A stretch of DNA of 64,000 bases from contig OX597815.1 of assembly GCA_951406725.2 (NCBI GenBank), positions 155,124,001-155,188,000 of the forward strand. Direction: 5' to 3'. Positions within the stretch are counted from its first letter, which is position 1, and every line of letters starts with the position of its first letter. A program made the position numbers and the translations under genes. Positions 1 through 12,869 of the stretch are shown piece after piece. The notes under the pieces were generated by a model that did no database searches, was not told where the DNA came from, and saw nothing but the letters and a program-made list of their open reading frames with translations. Source of the DNA: Octopus vulgaris (lineage: Eukaryota).

Positions 1-2030
1 TATTTATGAGTCTTAAAGTAAAACAAAAAGTTTAACCAAGCCTTGTTTCTATGCGATTAAACAATCATCTAAATATCAATTTCTATTTTCCATCAAATAA
101 TTCTAAAAAACATTTCACATTTTTACCTAGATTTTTGGGGCCTGCCACAGTTCCCATTGTTATTCAATTTATTAAACCAAAATGGTATATTTGTACGCAG
201 GCTAAACACATCAAATGAAACTATTAGGTTTCTTCACTCGTTGTAAATGTAATGTGATTTAACATATCTAAGTGTTGCAATATATAGCCCCGCACATGTT
301 CCAAATATAGTTATATCCAAAAGTCATTCAGTCTTTGGGTTTCACAAGACGGAACAGTCGCTATCTCTGTTAATTTTAAGTCATTTGGGAGATAGAATGA
401 TTGTTAAACTTACATATGATAATTTTTTGCTGAAATCATTTATTATCCAATTTTTGTTAATTGAATTTTTGATAATCTACAAAAACTGAAAACTATATTT
501 AGATTATTTGATCCTATGGGAAGAAGGCTTGGGCAAAAACTTTTCAATAATTTTTACCCTATAATTATTTTCAAACATGTTTCTCTTATAATTGTTCTTA
601 CCTTGTTGAAAACATATTCTTCTCCTTATGGTTAATAGCTTGCATGAGAGAGTAGACCAATGCGAAAGCCATCAAACACAAAAGCACTTGGCTCGGGGCA
701 GATCTAGAAGGTCTAGTATTAGTTGCATTGAATCAGCAATACCAAAATGTATCCCAAACTAAATGCAGCAAGAGGCTAAAATCAAATATAAATTATGCAA
801 TCAGAACAAGGTAAGTATTCACATCATATCTGTCTACTCAGTTTTTACAAGTGCATAATGTACCCACGTATACAACATAGTATTATGTCCATCCACTGGC
901 GTTTGTGTGTTTAATTCAAATATGCTGACACTTAAACATAACTTCGAGAAGCAACATAAGCATGTCCAAAACACAATATACGATACTGATACAATGGATA
1001 CAATAATATTGGAAATAACTGCCCAGAGAGAGAGTAAAAGATAATGCAATCTTCCCATATTGACAGATCTGGAAAAGGAGAATGTTATATAATATTGGTA
1101 AATAAAATCGTGCATAGAGCTAATCCAAAATGTGCAACTTTTACATGCAGCAAATATGGAAAATTGTAAGTGAACGCCAGGTACACTATAATCACTAAAC
1201 AACGGTTCCAGGATACAATGTAGTGCGATAACAGTAAATGGTTAAATTGTTCCTATGGCATAGAAACTATCAAAGAGAAGTTACATGCAAAGGATGATTG
1301 ATGCATGAAAAGTATATACCATGTTCCCAGTTTCTGAACAACGCTTCTCTTGGTATTTTGCAGACCATTTAATAGTGTCGAGAAAGCAGATAAGATCATA
1401 ATAGAGTAAAAATCAATGTTAGGTCATAGATTTTCTTTTACCAATTGATAGCAGAACCGAAGCAAAAAAATAATAAAATATTGGAAATCTTCCACATTGC
1501 GGGGAAAACCTCAGAAAGCTGTGCTCTTAAGAAAATCTTTGCTTGTGTAACACTGGTATTGTTTTGTAACTGTTGTGAAGCTTCGAGTCAACAAAACAAT
1601 TTGGGTTCATTTTCCACTTAGCTATGAGTTCAATGTTAAATCGTGGTTTACCAAAAGCTAAAAATATTATGGAACGGTCAATGCTTGAAGACTGTGATCA
1701 TACATTCAGAGATCATCTAGAGTTAAACAAAGACAAAAAATTCAAAACTTTTTTTACCAAAAAAGGATCGACAGTTTACTGATTCGTGTTAGGCAACTTT
1801 CCAAGTATCGAAAGGTAAATTAACAGTCAATTAGACATGGTGGAATGGAATATTATAGCTATACTATTCCATTTAGCTATGTCTAAAACAAATGATGAAT
1901 TGAGGATAGAAAAAAAATTAGACGTTATATATCGAAAAAATTACACAAGCAACCATCAGTATGTATATACTGCATGTATATATGTATGTATATATGTATG
2001 CATATATGTATCTATGTATCTATTTGTGTG

Positions 2031-2222
2031 GTGTGTGTGTGTGCGCGCGCGCGCGAGTGCGTGTGTGTGCGCGCGCGCGAGTGCGTGTGTGTGCGCGCGC
2101 GCGTGCGTGTGTGTGCGCGCGCGCGAGTGCGTGTGTGTGCGCGCGCGCGCGAGTGCGTGTGTGTGCGCGCGCGCGAGTGCGTGTGTGTGCGCGCGCGCGT
2201 GCGTGTGTATGCGCGTGTGTGT
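2031..2222. repeat. CpG-rich (GT)n/(GC)n compound minisatellite, ~22-bp unit
   Basis: Repeats of gcgcgcgcgagtgcgtgtgtgt; almost pure purine-pyrimidine alternation. Confidence 0.95.
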
Positions 2223-3169
2223 ATTTAAGTATACGCGCACTTATGTATGTACACATATACGTGAGTGCAGGTATGTATATTAATATTTATACAATATTCA
2301 TTACAGATGGCCATGTGTTTCTTTCCATACACTGATATACGGAATTTTTAAAAGAAAGAATTATTTTATTCAGTTAAAGGAGCTTCTATTTTAAAAATAG
2401 GATGGTCTCACTGAACATGTTTTTTTTTCTAAATATAGAGACGAAAAGAGATATGCTAAATTGAATTAAATTAGGAAGGCTGGTATCTGTGGTCGACGAA
2501 TTGCTGCTAGAAAATTAAGGGTAGACCTCTACAGAAATTCAAAGAAGAATTATAATTTTATAGAGAGAAGAAAATAAATTTTATAATTAAATACTGAGAG
2601 AGAGAGAGGAGAAGAGAAACATAGAATATAGGAATGACGGTGTAAGGTGCTTGTACAGGTGGTAGGAACGCCTTGAAAATGTCTCTGTAAATGTTCGAAA
2701 CGTCACGACAAACTATTTCACTTGTGAATGTGTACAAGGAAAAATTTATAAAAATTCTAAAATATAATTGTGTTCATTAAGTAGAATGCAACTATAATCC
2801 ATGGTTTAAACTAATTATGATAAGCGAATTTCAAAATCCGTCTAATTAGAAATCGCATGTCTAGAAAAATATAACTATTAACGGCTTTGTTAAAACTTGT
2901 CCCTCTTGTATTGCTTTTCCGCCCTCCTTTTTTAGTGTTGGCTTATTACTAAATACATATGAGCGTCAGATTCATGTTATTCCTGGAACACATGTTGCTG
3001 AAGTACCTAGTGAGCAGTCTAAGAGATATGAAGCGAAGACGAGAAAAAATAAGGAGAATGAGAAAAACAAGAAAAGATAGAGACAAGAAGAAAGAAGAGG
3101 AAGTGTAATATGACAGGCGATTATTAAATAACTATTAGATATCTGCGTAATGTTGGAAGTAGTTTAGTG

Positions 3170-3614
3170 GGATCTTTTCGGTTTGAACGGCAGTTTTTTC
3201 TAGCGGTGTCATATGAAATTGTCACCCATAATTATGACCCTAGTATCGATCTATTGCATTTCAATCTGCTTTAGGGTTAGGATTAGTTAGGGTTGGTTAA
3301 GGTTAGTGTTAGGGGTAGGGGGAAGGGTATTTTTTTTTTCTTCACAAATGTAAATAAACCCAATCTGTTTCTTAAACGAGGGACATATTCATACGGCACA
3401 GAATATTTTTTAACTCAATAGACGTCATTGATTGGTTGGAATTACGGAAATTGAAGAAAAAAAAACAACAAATATCTTACAAACCATAGAATTTTCTCAA
3501 TAAAGCCAAAAGAAAAAGACGTTTTATAAACACATTCTACCAGTATACGGAGTTTAAAATGTTTTAGTTACCTAGAAATTATGTTAGAAACTGCCGTCCA
3601 AACCGAAAAGATCC
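3170..3614. mobile_element. MITE / non-autonomous DNA transposon with internal degenerate TTAGGG repeats
   Basis: 27-bp TIRs ggatcttttcggtttgaacggcagttt / aaactgccgtccaaaccgaaaagatcc (1 mismatch); ttagggttagg... at ~3271-3320; no ORF. Confidence 0.85.
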
Positions 3615-4532
3615 AATTACAGAATTAAAAGACACGAAATTTTGGATTTTCTTTTTCTTTTTCTTTCTTTTCTTTTTTTTTGCAGAAAGAATGTCATTTG
3701 CTTATGCGTTTCGCTATATCTGATAATGCAGACAGTGGTTTGAAAAGTTAACACTTTACCTTATGAGAGAGAGAGAGAGAGAGAAGGAAATGAAGGATGA
3801 GAGAGACGGAGTGAGAGACAGGAAGAAATATTTTAAGATATTCATATGCATGTACGCATATATGTATAAGTATCAGTGCGTATGCGTCTGTGTTTGGTTG
3901 TGGTTGTGTGTGTTTGGATGAGTTTGGTTGCAATTGCGTTGGACTTTTAGAGTTGGTTGACGAAGGGTGAAAGACAATTTATTTTTACGAATATACAATT
4001 CGTAGATGTAACAAGTTGAAAGCTTAATTTATCTTTTAAGATTGCTATTTACACAATTAGCATGTATATACTATAATTTTGTGATTTGTATATATATGTG
4101 TGTGTGCAAATGTAGTGATAAGAAAATTAGACAGATCAATATATAAAATGTATTAAATACATGAAACGCAAAAAATGTAGATATCTATACATCAAAAAAA
4201 GGTCCAAGTTACCCAGAGTACAAATGATATACAGGATTAAAGGGTAGGAACGCCTTGTAAAAGTTTTTGTTAAAGTTCGAAACGCCACAGCTAACGACTT
4301 CACTAGTACATATATACATTTTTTTTCATTTCATGTATTTAAAATACTTTATATATTGATCTGTCTAACTTGTATTTTCTACATTTACTTCTATACTCGC
4401 TCAAGTTTAATTTTCTTGGGCACTACTAAGCTTATTCTATACGAGAATATCTGGATCTCATCTATGAACTATGTATACACACACACACACACACACACAT
4501 ACACACACACATACACACAACACACACACATA

Positions 4533-5551
4533 CAGAGTAACCCGTAAATCCCTGCCCGTCCATATATTATTATTGTATTCAATTCGATTTCTTCTCGAGG
4601 AACAGTGACCTTTACGGACGAGTGCGCAATTTACCGTTCGAGTCGGACACGAAACGTTTACTTCTGGGCAAAGGAGAATCCTCATAATTATGAAGAAATT
4701 GAATACAACACTCCGCATGTCATGATGTGGGCAACACTTAATGCGCGTCATGTTTTTGGTCTATACTTTTCTAATGTGCCAGTAAACCATACCTCAGTGG
4801 TTAGACGATCTTGAGGTTGTGAGTTCGATTCCTGGACCGGGCTGCGTGTTGTGCTTTTGAGTAACACACTTTATTTCACATTGTTCCAGTTCACTCAGCT
4901 GTAGAAATGAGCGGCAACGTCATTGGTGCAAAGCTGCATCGTCTTTTCCCTCTGCCTTGGATAACATCGGTGACATGGAGAGGGGAGACTGGTATGCATG
5001 GGTGACTGCTGGTCTTCCATAAACAACCTTGCCCGGACTTGTGCCTCAGAGGGTAATTTTCTAGGTGCAATCCCATTGTCATTCATAACCGAATGGGGTC
5101 ACACATACCATACCTCATTTCTAAACATGTTACAACAATGGTTTATACCGAAACTCGATTAACTCGGATTCAGAGAGGAGATTTGGTTTCAAAGATGGAG
5201 CCCTGGCTCATTATGCCCTCACTGTGCGAGATTATCTTAATGATACTTTTCCAAGCAAATGGATAGCTCATGGTTCTGTAAAATCCCCGACAACCATGAA
5301 ATGGCCCGCAACATGTGATAACTCTTTTTGGGGATACAAAAGGACATTGCGTCTGAACAAGTAATAATTCCAACGAAGAATTGAAAGCAACTGTTACCGC
5401 GGTATTTGGAACAATAACCCTTGTTATGTTCAGGAAAATATCTCACAGAACATGGTGTCTCATAATATTATGCAGCGAGAATAAGGGACAGCACCTGGAT
5501 ACACTGAATACATAAAATACATGGATGAGTAGGGGCTTACAGGCCACCCTG
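4533..5551 (+). mobile_element. Internally deleted Tc1/mariner-superfamily transposon, interrupted by a SINE
   Basis: Imperfect TIRs (cagagtaacccgtaaatccctgcccgtccat / reverse complement at ~5520-5551) flanked by TA; decayed transposase motifs DECAIY..., VMMWA, WFQ-DGA.AH..VRDYLNDTFPSKWI, SFWG. Confidence 0.85.
4792..5105 (+). mobile_element. tRNA-derived SINE (V-SINE-like centre) inserted in the Tc1/mariner element
   Basis: B-box gttcgattcc; gtgttgtg...gagtaacacactttatttcac central domain; apparent target duplication accatacctca at ~4786 and ~5107. Confidence 0.75.
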
Positions 5552-5644
5552 TACACACACACTTACACACATATAAATCATATACATACATACATAAATA
5601 CATGCATGCATGCATACATACATACATACACACACACATACATA

Positions 5645-6080
5645 CATAAGACATGCGTTCAAATAAGATCCGACTTTACTTTTTCCCGACAAAACTAATG
5701 CCGTGTAGGCAAAATTTTTTTGAGTGGAAAGTGACACCACCCTTTCTGCGCATGCGTGAAAATGTTTACGCCGCTAGGCCGCGTTAGTTTCAGGCTGTTA
5801 TGTCTAGAATTCAGAGGTATATTGCGCGTTCGTCGAATTTTCACTTTCACCTAAGGCATCGAACAGAGAAATGGCATCGTTTTACCAAAAGCTTGATGAT
5901 ACTCATGCTCAAATCACCCAGAAAACTCCGCAGGCCTTTGGCGTTGATGCCATAGGCAAAACTCAGAACAAGGAGTAGTACAACAGCTTCTAATATGGGC
6001 GTGGCTGAGTGGAAACGACGACATAGACTTCATGAAGACCGTCATCATTGCCGACAAGACATAGGTTTATGGTCTCTGCT
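5645..6080 (+). mobile_element. Decayed mariner transposase fragment
   Basis: Frame-broken translation EQRNGI..QKLDDTHAQITQKTPQAFGVDAIGKTQNKE*YNSF and DFMKTVIIADKT*VYG, matching the mariner HTH region and ITGDETWVY motif. Confidence 0.75.
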
Positions 6081-6166
6081 CGATACGTTCGGTAAGCTTG
6101 CGTGAAAGAGCGCACACAACACGTCCGTAGTCTAGGTGTAAATACGTATATCTATAGTTATAACCA

Positions 6167-6199
<33 letters not shown>

Positions 6200-7500
6200 C
6201 AGACAAAGAAGTAAGTTTCGAACGCAGTATGTGTGTGAAAACAGCAAAGAAAGATTGGGTATTTACCCTTAGAAGATGGGAGAAAGGTTAACAGCAGGCG
6301 GTTACAAGAAGTTGAAACCCGTCGTACCTTTCAGATACCGGCCACGGGAACTAAACTGAACTGTATCTTATGATTTTACAATATTTTGATCTGGACTTGT
6401 ACATACACTAAAAACTATATATATGAGTATCTGTCGGAGATATATATATATATAATTGACGAGTTTTCAAATGATAGTTTCCTATCTATAGAATTTTGTT
6501 AAATGTAGAGAATAGGTATGGTGAGGAATAGTTTTTGAAGAAAAGAATAAATTTGTTCTAATTTTTTGAAAGTTAATCATTATTATAAAGATTAATGGAA
6601 TTAAATAACGTCTGCTGTAGCTGAAGTAACCAACAAATATAGAATCATTGGTTGGGAGTTAGAGAACGATGAAACTATGAAAAATTCCTGTTAATTGTAG
6701 AAGAACCCGCACTGGAATGGTAGGTTTAAATAGTTAACGATGGAGGAGTTATTTAAAAATCGCTACCTGGGTCAAAAATTGTAATTTTATTGAGTATATG
6801 GTAGGGTAAGCCATTATAAATAGAGCAGTAGCCGGCCGTCAAGAGAGGTTCGAGAGTCGAAGAATTGAAAGTTGACAGTTTTAGTCGTAGTCTTGTGGGG
6901 CTATCGGCGATAATAAGACAGAAGTTAGTGTATTACTATTCCGGTACGAAGACATACTACGATATCCGATAACTAGGAACTATTGTGGCTACTGGCAGAA
7001 AACAGCAACTACAGTCATTACAACGGCAGTCACACATCATACCAGTGGGAGGAACCTACTTAACAACAGTAAATTAGGTAACAAAATGAACTGCAGAAGA
7101 GTAAAATAGTGGTTTGTAAATCAGGAAGTTGTTTAGTGTTAAGTCAAATGTATCAGCTAATGTGCTTTACTGTCATTCTTCACTCGTCTGCGTTAAGAAG
7201 TGACATTTGAATGAGTTAAACTAAGTTAAGTCATATAACTTAACATGGTTGTGGACGGTTAGGAATGAATAAAAGAGAGTACATTCTATCTAAGAATGGG
7301 TACTACAGGAGATAACGGCATGTGACTGTTCATACATAGCAGCAAGAGTATAGGGCAAAAAAATACGAAATTTGAAGAACACCAGAGTTAGTAGAGGTCA
7401 TATACATACTGATATAAACTTAGATACGTACATACATATGCGCATACATGCATACATGTATGCATGCATGCATACATACATACATACATACATACATACA

Positions 7501-7528
<28 letters not shown>

Positions 7529-7531
<3 letters not shown>

Positions 7532-7998
7532 CAGCTGCCCAGCGGATGTTAACATAAAGCTGAAGATCAGTGAAAAATAGAATACCTACGCTGAACTATT
7601 GAGAAATCTGCAGTTACTCTATCTAGATTACAAGTTCAGGTCTATACCTGTAATTATTGGGGCACTGGGATATGTAACACACTGCCAAAATACCAATCTT
7701 GAGAAATTAGGCTTCTCAAAACCAGAAAGGTGAAAGGCGATTGGAAGACTACAGATCCAATCCATCACTGGAACTGTAAAAATCTGTAAAACTTTCCAGA
7801 AGTTTATTATTGAAGTATATATGAGCATCTCTAGATATATTTGCACAAGCATGAGAAGATATACATAAAACAAAACATGCAAACCTGCACGTATAAATAT
7901 ATACGTACAAAAATACTCCAGTAAAGAAGGCTTGGATCTAGGTTAGAAACCTACTCTTTCTCTATTGACAAGAAATCTCGAAATAAAACTGAATAATA
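7529..7998 (+). mobile_element. 3' end of an RLE-endonuclease non-LTR retrotransposon (R4/Dong-like) embedded in (CATA)n
   Basis: Translation ISCPADVNIKLKISEK*NTYAELLRNLQLLY...IPVIIGALGYV...RLQIQSITGTVKICKTF; CATA repeats at both junctions. Confidence 0.8.
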
Positions 7999-8222
7999 GC
8001 ATACATACATATATACAATCATACATAAATGCATACATATATTTTAACACTTCGTATACATACGCACATCAACATCGGAACACCTTCATACATATTTCCA
8101 CATATAAACATTCATGTAGATACATATACTCGCCAATATAAGTAAAAAGAAACGGGGAAATGACTGAGAAAATATGCGCAATGACGCATGCTACGTGAAA
8201 CTTAATACTAAAATGAGCATTT

Positions 8223-8324
<102 letters not shown>

Positions 8325-8423
8325 GGAAAGCCGTTAATATATTTATTCCCGTAGGAAAACCATTACGAATGTTTATAATAAAGTAAGGAAATCTCTGTAA
8401 GTGTTTATATTCATCTCTGTGTA

Positions 8424-8507
<84 letters not shown>

Positions 8508-10332
8508 CAGTTGTATATGTAATGTAATTGTATCGCGATGAAACTGTATTTGCATATGTATTCTCATTTCCACCTTATGCTCTGCTGTCTCTGCTTCTGT
8601 ACTATCATCCCACAATCTCCTCTTCTCATTTGTTCAAAAGCGTAGTCGTACTAGTAACTGCATTAGTTGTTATTTAACGCATAGTGCATATCTGTCTGTC
8701 TCGCTCTCTTCCCGTAATACTTTAATCCTCTTCATTTAATTGTATCACATTTGATATGGACCTCTCTGCCTTCAAACCCTAAATTTTTACCCTTCTTTCT
8801 TGCAACCACACCAGCATAGATCCTTACCTCGCACGCCACTTCTTTTGCTTGAGAATCTTTCTTTCTACTTAGTTATTCACTCAACTATAGTTTTCTTCTT
8901 AATTATCTCGCTCAGTTGATGACCCAAAGCAACCAAACGTCATATTTGATAATGCACAAATAAATTTTACCAACTCCTTTGATTTATATTTCTTGGCGAA
9001 TATCATCAACATTCTCAATAAAACAGAAAGCAAGAATGAGGTGGGGGGAAGATGAAGTAAAGTAAGGCACTAAAGTACCTCCCAATAAAAATTCAGATCG
9101 GTAAAAAGATGATTACGGTAACTACTCTTGGGAACAAATCTCTGAATGTGACCGCGGTCACTTAAGCTTGTCTACAACTTAATAGTCAAAGCGTCCTAAA
9201 GAGCGATGAATGAATTTTGATACAAATCAAACAGAATACTAAAAATAAATGATCTAATAGAGAAAATAGCACTGATATTTCACGTTTTATGCTCTCTTTT
9301 TTTTTCAGATATAAACTGCTAAGTGAATAACAAAAACAGGAAATATATAATCTCAATAATTAATTCACTTCTGAACGAGTGAATTAATCAATCGTCAAAT
9401 TAATGAGCTAATTAGTAAATACACAACCAGTCATTTACTTGAAATTCATGGGTCAGAAGAGGTATAGGACCCCAAGATATATTAATAAGGATGTAATACA
9501 GAATGCGATTAATATAATTGAAAACTCGGTGGCAAATAAACAAAACAAACACGTGTCAAGAGTTACTAATATAGCAAATGCAATCACAAAATTGAAGTGA
9601 AATTAATTATAAAGCAAAATATATTCAGTAATAGAGTATTGAAGATTAGATTATCCGTTATAGAAGTACAAAGTATTATAATTCACCAGTTAAAAGGAAG
9701 AGTTAAGGGCACATTCCGATGATATAACAAAACTTATTTGTAGTTTAAATAAAGAAATTGCATAATGATACAAACAAACAGCGAATAATATAGGATCATC
9801 AAATTACAATAATAGGAATAAGAAGGATAACCATTTCGTCTTACATTATGAATGAAGGAAATTAAAGTTATGATAACACAACTATAAGGTTGTGTGATTG
9901 GTGAAAGAACTAGTGTACTCGAGGTATATTGTATAAATATGTATATACAGTTACATTTAGGAAATGAAAATTAATATTGAATAGTAAGTGAATGCAAGCA
10001 GATAGGGAATGTAAATTGATACCTACATCTCAGATGTGAGATTGAAGGTTCAGAGATTGAATCTGGCAAGCCTGGAACGCAGGAAATGAAAAAATCATGA
10101 CTGGTTATAGGTTAGGGAACAACTTAAAACTCATTAAAAATATGGAATATACAAATGAAAATAAAATAAATAAAACATTTTTAATTCAAAATGAAAGGTT
10201 ACAAATTGATTTTTTTTTAAATTCAAAAATTAAAATATATTTTATAAGCTGAAATTCCAACCTTTCGGGATCAATGAAATAAGAACCGGCTGAGCATTGC
10301 GGCCTTGTACCTATGGCAGAAAGAACTATTTA

Positions 10333-10493
10333 AGGCAGTGAGCTGACACAATCGTTAGCACGTCGGGCAAAAGTGCTTAACGATATTCCGTCCGTCTTTA
10401 CGTTCTGAGTTCAAATTCCGCCGAAGTAGACTTTGCCATTCAGCCTCTCAGAGTTGATAAATTAAGTACTAGTGAAACACTAGGGTCGGTATA
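10333..10493 (+). mobile_element. Diverged copy of the second SINE family (ggcggcgagctggcagaa head)
   Basis: Colinear with the 10501-10733 copy. Confidence 0.7.
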
Positions 10494-10500
10494 ATTTGAA

Positions 10501-10733
10501 GGCGGCGAGCTGGCAGAAACGTTAGCGCGCCGGGCGAAATGCCTAGCGGTATTTCGTCTGCCGCTGCGTTCTGAGTTCAAATTCCGCCAAGGTCGACTTT
10601 GCCTTTCATCCTTTCGGGGTCGATAAATTAAGTACCAGTTACACACTGGGGTCGATATAATCGACTTAATCCGTTTGTCTGTCCTTGTTTGTCCCTTCTG
10701 TGTTTAGCCCCTTGTGGGTAGTAAAGAAATAGG
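10501..10733 (+). mobile_element. Full-length tRNA-derived SINE (second family) with a LINE-like 3' tail
   Basis: A-box-like agctggcagaa, B-box gagttcaaattcc, central gcctttcatcctttcggggtcgataaattaagtaccag, tail ...tagccccttgtgggtagtaaagaaata; a further fragment at ~10815-10930. Confidence 0.85.
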
Positions 10734-10963
10734 TATAATTGACTAGTCCTTTCCTCCGAAATTACTAGCCTTGTGCCAAAATTTGAAATCATCATCATTA
10801 TTATTATTGTCTACTTTGCTTTTTATCATTTCGGAGTCGATGAAATAAGTGCAAGTTACTTACTGGGGTCCATGTAATCGACTGGTCCCCTTCACAAAAA
10901 GTTCAGGCCTTGTGCCTATAGTAGAAAGGACTGTTATTATTATTATTATCATCATCATCATCA

Positions 10964-11000
<37 letters not shown>

Positions 11001-11044
11001 CATCATCATCACCATCATCATTTTTATTAATTATTATTATTATT

Positions 11045-11300
11045 ACTTAGTAGTTATATTTTTATAGCGTGCTTTCACTTCACGACCGAGCGCAGCTATG
11101 TGTGCCTTTGGTATGTGCTGTGGTTTGTTGTGATGTTCTTACGGTTACTGTACTGAAAGTGTTTTGCGTAGAATGTGTGCAGTGCCCAGTAGTACAATTT
11201 TCTGAATGTTATATATTTTTGTAAGTCCTGGTGTTTTTGCTACATATTTGTCTGAAAATTTTTTGTCATACCTAATGCGCCTACTTTGATAGGAATTGTT
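11045..11300 (-). mobile_element. R4/Dong-like RLE retrotransposon 3' end in a (TAA)n array
   Basis: ETIPIKVGALGMTK...TPGLTKIYNIQKIVLLGTAHILRKTLSVQ*; the 3'UTR runs into TAA repeats. Confidence 0.85.
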
Positions 11301-11368
11301 TCTTCTTCTTCTTCTTCTTCTTCTTCTTCTTCTTCTTCTTCTTCTTCTTCTTCTTCTTCTTCTTCTTC

Positions 11369-11445
<77 letters not shown>

Positions 11446-11494
11446 TACTACTACTACTTCTAATAATAATAATAATACTATTATTATTGTTATA

Positions 11495-11550
<56 letters not shown>

Positions 11551-11551
<1 letters not shown>

Positions 11552-12250
11552 GAGTGAGAGAGCAGTGCATGCCATCAAAGTGACACTGAGGTAAAATATA
11601 CGAAGCCCAGTATACCCATCATGACTATCCGTCTGATAAGGGTACACTTGACATATGCATCACAACCATATGTGCGCGACATGGTGAACTCATATCAAGA
11701 TAAACAGCGTATGACCTTGCAGGTGGGGCCCAGTTAGAATTTTCTTCTAGTCGAGTAACCCGTCCCGCTCAAAAAACCCTGAATAAGAATTGTTTAAGGA
11801 TGTTGAACGGAACACCTATGTTTCCAGAGGTGAATTATTCAAACCCTAAAAGAATTCCTCTCAACACATGGCTATGATGCTCCCCCACTACTTCTGCTCG
11901 TGATCAGAGATGTACATATCGTCAGCCACTAAGGGACATGGTCAACTAGTTAAGGTCAAACAACTGACAAGCAAATCTGTGGTATTGAGCAGAATATTTG
12001 CTGTAGCCCATCTTTTATACCTAGACAAAACAATGCACAAGATAACACTTCCAATCAGTTAAGATCAGAAGCCACGAGATCCACTGTCTGATACTGCATC
12101 AGGGCATAGCAAATCTGTGGTATTGAGCAGAATATTTGCTGTAGCTCATCTTTAATACCAAGACAAAACAATGTACATGATAACACTTCCAATCAGTTAA
12201 GATCAGAAGTCAGAAGCCATAAGAGCCACTGCCTGGTACTGCATCAGGGT
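11551..12250 (-). mobile_element. Non-LTR-type interspersed repeat ending in (TAA)n, with internal ~140-bp tandem duplication
   Basis: Second copy of its 3' part at 60598-60800 (+); duplicated block ~11970-12107 / 12108-12250; flanked by TAA arrays. Confidence 0.7.
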
Positions 12251-12295
12251 ATATCATCATCATCATCACCATTATTATTATTATTATTATTATTA

Positions 12296-12372
<77 letters not shown>

Positions 12373-12812
12373 TATAACATAGGCAAAGGGCCTGATTAAA
12401 TCTATATAGAGAAATATTATAGTAGAACATATGAAAAATATCAATGAACTTGATATTTTATCGATCCCACAGATTGCATAAATGGCAGGTGCGTGTGAAA
12501 AGGGAAGTCGATATCTGTCGACGCAGATAAATACATTGTATTTTGTCGGATACTCTTCCGATTCTGCCATCTCTCTCCCTGCTTCCCTGCTTCCCTCCCT
12601 CCTTCTCTCCCTCTCTCTCTCAGTCTCTTTCAGTCTCTCACCTCATTAAACCTTCAAGTATTTCGTATACTGTAACTTAATAAATTGTCTTCGCCGGATT
12701 AAAATTGTTTAACTTTTCGTTACTTTCATAGTTTATTTCGTGTGTACTGTTTTTCTTTGTTGATTGTTTTTACGTATATTGTGCTATTAATGAAGCTTCC
12801 GTAGATAAACTT

Positions 12813-12869
<57 letters not shown>

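Noticed and set aside
470-730. Resemblance of FRLFDPMGRRLGQKLF / WLGADLEGL to mononegavirus L-protein motifs
   Set aside because: Different frames, no GDNQ or other catalytic motif seen; too weak to name
2630-4305. Two related segments (~2660-2725, ~4243-4305) with a gaac...gttc-GAAAC hairpin as hammerheads
   Set aside because: No recognisable CUGANGA box or consistent stem I; at most decayed remnants
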